From an uncultured Actinomycetota bacterium (lineage in GTDB: Bacteria > Actinomycetota > Actinomycetes > Propionibacteriales > Nocardioidaceae): a stretch of 64,000 bases of DNA. Positions 59,952-64,000 of this stretch are shown in pieces. The translations under genes were made by a program, and so were the position numbers. Each line of letters opens with the position of its first letter. Position 1 is the first letter of the stretch. The stretch covers positions 44,698-108,697 of the forward strand of contig CAWGNO010000014.1 in NCBI GenBank assembly GCA_963823965.1, written 5' to 3'. The notes beneath the pieces are model-generated. The model did no database searches. It was not told where the DNA came from and saw only the letters and a program-made list of their open reading frames with translations.

Positions 59952-61091
59952 TCATCGCGCCACACCGTGGTGGATCCGCCCCTTCTCGTCCGCGAGGCGA
60001 CGCCCGCTTCCTCCCCATTGCGCCGCGACGATCTCCGCGGCGATGCTGACCGCGGTCTCCTCCGGCGTACGAGCGCCGAGGTCGAGGCCGATCGGCGACG
60101 ACAGCCGTGCGATCTCGTCCTCGGTCATCCCCGCGTCCCGCAGCCGCTCCTCCCGGTCCTCGTGGGTACGCCGCGAGCCCATCGCCCCGACGTAGCCCAC
60201 CTCGGGCAGGCGCAGCGCCACCTCGAGCAGGGGTACGTCGAACTTCGGGTCGTGCGTGAGGACGCAGAGCACCGTCCGCCCGTCGATCCGACCGGCCGCG
60301 GCCTCTGCCTTCAGGTAGCGGTGCGGCCACTCCACGACGACCTCGTCGGCTCCGGGGAAGCGCGAGGCCGTGGCGAACACCGGCCGGGCGTCGCACACCG
60401 TCACCCGGTACCCGAGGAAGCCGCCGATGCGTGCCACGGCGGCGGCGAAGTCGATGGCGCCGAAGACGAGCATCCGCGGCGGCGGCGCGAACGCCCAGAC
60501 GAAGACGCGCATGCCCTCGCCACGGCGCTCCCCGTCGGGTCCGTAGGTCAGCGTGGCGTTGTGGCCCGAGGCGAGCAGCCCCAGCACGTCGTCGGCCACC
60601 GCGTCGTCTGCCCGGTCGCTGCCGATGCTCCCCGCGCGCGGCTCCGAGGCGTCCCCCGGACGGACCACGAGACGGCGTCCCACCCGGCTCGGATCCGGGT
60701 GGTCGATGACCGTCGCCACGGCGACCGGCCGCCCCTGCTCGATGTCCTCGGCGATCTCGCGGAGCTCGGGGAACGTCGTGCGGTCCACCTTCTCGACGTA
60801 CACGTCGAGGATCCCGCCGCAGGTCAGGCCGACGGCGAAGGCGTCGTCGTCGCTCACGCCGTACCTCTCCAGGACGGGGACGCCCGACTCGACGACCTCC
60901 TCGGCGAGCTCGTAGACCGCGCCCTCGACGCACCCGCCGGAGACGGACCCGACGGCCTCACCGTGTGGTCCCACGATCATGGACGCACCGGCGGGCCGGG
61001 GCGCGGACCGGAAGGTCGCCACGACCGTGCCCACCCCGACGGTCTCTCCCGCCTCCCACCAGCGCAGCAGGTCCGTCATCACCTCACGCAT
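59952..61091 (-). CDS. xdhC: XdhC/CoxF-CoxI family molybdoenzyme maturation factor
   Basis: SAPRPAGA, GSVSGGCVE, GLTCGG, LTHDPKFD, GAMGSRR, PIGLDLGARTPEETAVSI. Confidence 0.92.
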   Translation of the reverse strand: MREVMTDLLRWWEAGETVGVGTVVATFRSAPRPAGASMIVGPHGEAVGSVSGGCVEGAVYELAEEVVESGVPVLERYGVSDDDAFAVGLTCGGILDVYVEKVDRTTFPELREIAEDIEQGRPVAVATVIDHPDPSRVGRRLVVRPGDASEPRAGSIGSDRADDAVADDVLGLLASGHNATLTYGPDGERRGEGMRVFVWAFAPPPRMLVFGAIDFAAAVARIGGFLGYRVTVCDARPVFATASRFPGADEVVVEWPHRYLKAEAAAGRIDGRTVLCVLTHDPKFDVPLLEVALRLPEVGYVGAMGSRRTHEDREERLRDAGMTEDEIARLSSPIGLDLGARTPEETAVSIAAEIVAAQWGGSGRRLADEKGRIHHGVAR

Positions 61092-62220
61092 GGGCGACCA
61101 CCTCGATCAGCTCCTCGAACGTGGCCATCGAGTGCCCGGCCACAAAATCGTCAACGTACGGCAGCGCGGCCACGATTCCCTGCTGGACCGGAAGGTAGCC
61201 CGGCTTGCCGCGGTGCGGGTTCACCCAGACCACGCGGTGCGCCAGCCGCCGCAGCCGCATCATCTGCTCGGTGAGCAGGTCGACGTCGCCGCGCTCCCAC
61301 CCGTCGCTGAAGACGACGACCACCGCACCGCGCGCCATGCCGCGCTGACCCCAGCGGTCGAGGAAGACCTTGAGCGTCTCCCCGAGCCTGGTGCCGCCCG
61401 ACCAGTCGGGAACGGTCTCGGAGGCGGCGACGATCGCCCGGTCGGGGTCGCGCTGCCGCATCGCGCGGGTGAGGTGCGTCAGCCGGGTGCCCACGGTGAA
61501 GACCTCCACCGCCTCGCTGCCCCGGGGTGAGTCCGACCGGGTCACGAAGGTGTGCGCCAGCCTGAGCAGCGCGTCGGCGTAGGGGCTCATCGACCCCGAG
61601 ACGTCCACGAGCAGCACCAGCCGTCGTGCCCGCGTTCCACGCCGGCGCCAGGCGATCTCGGCCGGCTCGCCCATGCGCGCGAGCATGAGCCGGCGGGTGC
61701 GGGCGGCGTCGACGTCGCCGCGGTGCCACGGCGAGCGCCGTGTAGCGCTGCGTCGCGGGGCGCGCGGCCGCAGCACGGAGAACAGGGTGGCCAGCCGCGC
61801 CTTCTCGTCCGCGCTGAGATCGCCCACGTCACGGTGGCGCAGGACCTCCGTCGGGCTCGCCATGGCGTTCATGTCCTCGGAGTCCTCGGCGGCCCCGTGG
61901 ACGCTCTGCTCCTCCAGGCCCGCCTGCACCCGGGTGCGGGCGGACGACGCCGCGCGCGCGACCGGATGCTCCTGCCCGAGGAACCAGGCGTCGAAGACCT
62001 GGTCGTAGCGGTCGAGGTCCTGCGGGTCGGAGCACAGGGTCGTGCGCCCGGCCCAGTAGGTGGCGCGACGGTCGTCGAGGCCGACGATCGCGGTGGCCTC
62101 GAGGAAGCTCTTCGCGCGGTCCGGTGAGATCGGGACCCCGGAGGCTCGAAGGGCACGGGTGAAGCCCAGCAGCAGCTCGTCGGGCTCCTGCCGCAGCACC
62201 ACGCCGTCCATCGCGGGCAC
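61084..62220 (-). CDS. coxE: CoxE-like VWA domain protein
   Basis: MIDAS LLVDVSGSM, DWSGGTRLG, VFSDGWE, WVNP. Confidence 0.9.
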   Translation of the reverse strand: MPAMDGVVLRQEPDELLLGFTRALRASGVPISPDRAKSFLEATAIVGLDDRRATYWAGRTTLCSDPQDLDRYDQVFDAWFLGQEHPVARAASSARTRVQAGLEEQSVHGAAEDSEDMNAMASPTEVLRHRDVGDLSADEKARLATLFSVLRPRAPRRSATRRSPWHRGDVDAARTRRLMLARMGEPAEIAWRRRGTRARRLVLLVDVSGSMSPYADALLRLAHTFVTRSDSPRGSEAVEVFTVGTRLTHLTRAMRQRDPDRAIVAASETVPDWSGGTRLGETLKVFLDRWGQRGMARGAVVVVFSDGWERGDVDLLTEQMMRLRRLAHRVVWVNPHRGKPGYLPVQQGIVAALPYVDDFVAGHSMATFEELIEVVAHA

Positions 62221-62223
62221 GGG

Positions 62224-63114
62224 TCAGCCCGCCAGCATCCGGTCCAGCGCGGATCGCACCCGCTCGGCGTCCTCGCGGTACTTCACGACCGTGCCCAGCG
62301 TGGTCGCCGCGGCCTCGACGTCCAGCTTCTCGGTCCCGAGCCGCTGGAGGGCACGCGCCCAGTCCAGGGTCTCGGCCACCCCCGGCGGCTTGACCAGGTC
62401 CGAGCGGGACCGGAGCTGCTGGACGAGGGTGACGACCTGGCGGGTCAGCGCGTCGGAGACCTCCGGAGCCCGCGTCCGCACGATCGCCACCTCGCGCTCG
62501 AGACCGGGGTGCTCGATCCAGTGGTAGAGGCAGCGCCGCTTCAGCGCGTCGTGGATCTCGCGGGTCCGGTTCGAGGTCAGCACCACGATGGGCGGGGTGG
62601 CCGCGCGCACGGTCCCCAGCTCGGGGATCGTCACCTGGTACGTCGAGAGCACCTCGAGCAGGAACGCCTCGAACTCGTCGTCGGCCCGGTCCACCTCGTC
62701 GACGAGCAGCACTGCCGGGCTCTCGCGAAGCGCCCTCAGGATCGGGCGGGCGAGCAGGAACCTCTCGTCGAACAGCGACTGCTCCGCCTTCTCCGGGTCG
62801 ACCACGGACCCGCCCCCGGCGGCCTCGAGCGCACGCAGGTGCAGGATCTGGCGGGGGAAGTCCCAGTCGTAGAGCGCCTGGGTCGCGTCGATCCCCTCGT
62901 AGCACTGCAGCCGGATCAGCGGCAGGCCCAGCGCCTCCGCGAGCCCTTCTGCCAGGGCCGTCTTGCCCGTGCCCGGCTCCCCCTCGAGCAGCAGCGGTCG
63001 CTGCATCGAGATCGCGAGGTAGCCGATCGTCGCGAGCGCCTCGTCGCACAGGTAGCCCGTGGCGCCGAGACGGTCGGCGAGGTCGGGTGCCGAGGTGATC
63101 GTGGCGGGGTCCAT
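62224..63114 (-). CDS. coxD: CoxD-like MoxR AAA+ ATPase
   Basis: LLEGEPGTGKT, IRLQCYEG, LLVDEVDRAD, TSNRTRE...ALKRRC. Confidence 0.92.
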   Translation of the reverse strand: MDPATITSAPDLADRLGATGYLCDEALATIGYLAISMQRPLLLEGEPGTGKTALAEGLAEALGLPLIRLQCYEGIDATQALYDWDFPRQILHLRALEAAGGGSVVDPEKAEQSLFDERFLLARPILRALRESPAVLLVDEVDRADDEFEAFLLEVLSTYQVTIPELGTVRAATPPIVVLTSNRTREIHDALKRRCLYHWIEHPGLEREVAIVRTRAPEVSDALTRQVVTLVQQLRSRSDLVKPPGVAETLDWARALQRLGTEKLDVEAAATTLGTVVKYREDAERVRSALDRMLAG

Positions 63115-63124
63115 GCCCCCAGCA

Positions 63125-63787
63125 TCACCTATCGCGCAACCCCGTGCGCATCTCCTCGGGTGTGTCCATGTCCCGTCCGGTCGCGAGGTCCCCGCACTCC
63201 ACCAGCAGGGGCGGGTGGGCCCGCAGGTAGTCCCGCGCCCCACGGTCGCCCCGGGCCGACGCGACGACGCCCTCCCAGTGGTCGCGCCCGATCAGGACCG
63301 GGTGCCCCGGCACGCCGTCGTACGACGCCCGCGCGAGCACGTCCGGCCCCAGCTCCAGGGCGCTGGCGGCGGCCTCGGCCAGGACCCGGCGTACGACGTC
63401 GGCTCCCACGTCGGCCAGGTCGACCAGGCTGACCAGGGCGGCGACGGCATCGCCCTGCTGTGCAGCACGCAGCCCGGCCCGCAACGAGGCCCCCATGCCC
63501 TCGTCCCAGTCGGTGGCCACCACGACGTCGGCGCCCCCCGTCACCTCCCGCGCAGCCTCGTCGGCGCGGGCGCCGAGCACCACCTGGAGGCGGTCGCACC
63601 CGCCCTCGCGCAGCGCCGCGACGGAACGGTCCACGAGGGAGCGTCCCGCCGCGTCACGCAGCAGCGCCTTCGGCGTACCCATCCGCCGACCCGCACCTGC
63701 CGCGAGCAGCAGGCCGAGGACGGCGGTGTCGTGGTCGGCGCTCAGCGGTGCCGCACCGGCTGGTTCGGACGGCAGATCGGCACCCAC
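63125..63787 (-). CDS. mocA: Molybdenum cofactor cytidylyltransferase-like nucleotidyltransferase (start uncertain)
   Basis: LLAAGAGRRMGTPKALL, GMGASL, LVDL, GHPVL, GDRGAR, DMDTPE. Confidence 0.85.
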   Translation of the reverse strand: MGADLPSEPAGAAPLSADHDTAVLGLLLAAGAGRRMGTPKALLRDAAGRSLVDRSVAALREGGCDRLQVVLGARADEAAREVTGGADVVVATDWDEGMGASLRAGLRAAQQGDAVAALVSLVDLADVGADVVRRVLAEAAASALELGPDVLARASYDGVPGHPVLIGRDHWEGVVASARGDRGARDYLRAHPPLLVECGDLATGRDMDTPEEMRTGLRDR

Positions 63788-64000
63788 AGCGTGTAGCGGT
63801 CTGCCCGGTACGTGGACCGCGAGACCTCCACCGCGATGTTGCCCGCGAAGGCCCGGCGCGCGATGCGCAGCACCGGCGCCCCGGCGTCGATACCGAGGAG
63901 CTCGGCCTCGTCCGGTTTCGCGAGGTCCGCGTCGACCGAGTCCTCCCCCCATGTGGGCAGCATGTCGCGCCGCTTGAACTCGGCGTACAGGCTCTCGGGC
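63742..64000 (-). CDS. GntR/HutC-family regulator, UTRA domain (5'-truncated by window edge)
   Basis: SLYAEF...EAELLGI..GAPVLRIARRAF...VEVSRSTYRADRY. Confidence 0.85.
   Translation of the reverse strand, partial: PESLYAEFKRRDMLPTWGEDSVDADLAKPDEAELLGIDAGAPVLRIARRAFAGNIAVEVSRSTYRADRYTLWVPICRPNQPVRHR

Overview
A very GC-rich actinobacterial chromosomal segment. The Nocardioidaceae-like assignment is an inference from gene content and style. It holds about 57 tightly packed genes and I found no rRNA, tRNA, CRISPR array, integrase or transposase. The left half follows the conserved actinobacterial core block pdxH-citA...serC...MarR/MFS...DUF2530-DUF3027-MFS-cspB...helicase-associated protein-XPB. 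Transporters are interspersed: four MFS, three ABC systems and an NCS2 permease. The block also carries a class F sortase, an orphan larE and a large secreted subtilase. The right half carries a HelD-like ATPase, a TetR-ABC-PAP2 module resembling bacitracin resistance loci, a P-type ATPase, a cutC operon with a DUF4031/LD-carboxypeptidase fusion, and a GAF-ANTAR regulator. It ends with a complete form II (AYRGAGR) coxSLMG molybdoenzyme cluster and its maturation genes. Four genes are split by apparent single-base indels, probably long-read or assembly errors. The most unusual unexplained signal is at about 2700-2952. There a promoter, a perfect Shine-Dalgarno and a 12-codon ORF are followed by a compact three-way-junction RNA structure, suggesting an unannotated small-peptide or ncRNA locus. 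Also notable are a symmetric bidirectional leaderless promoter (54018-54033), several leaderless sORFs coupled to downstream genes, and several readable operator sites. All family calls come from motif recognition by eye; no database searches were run.
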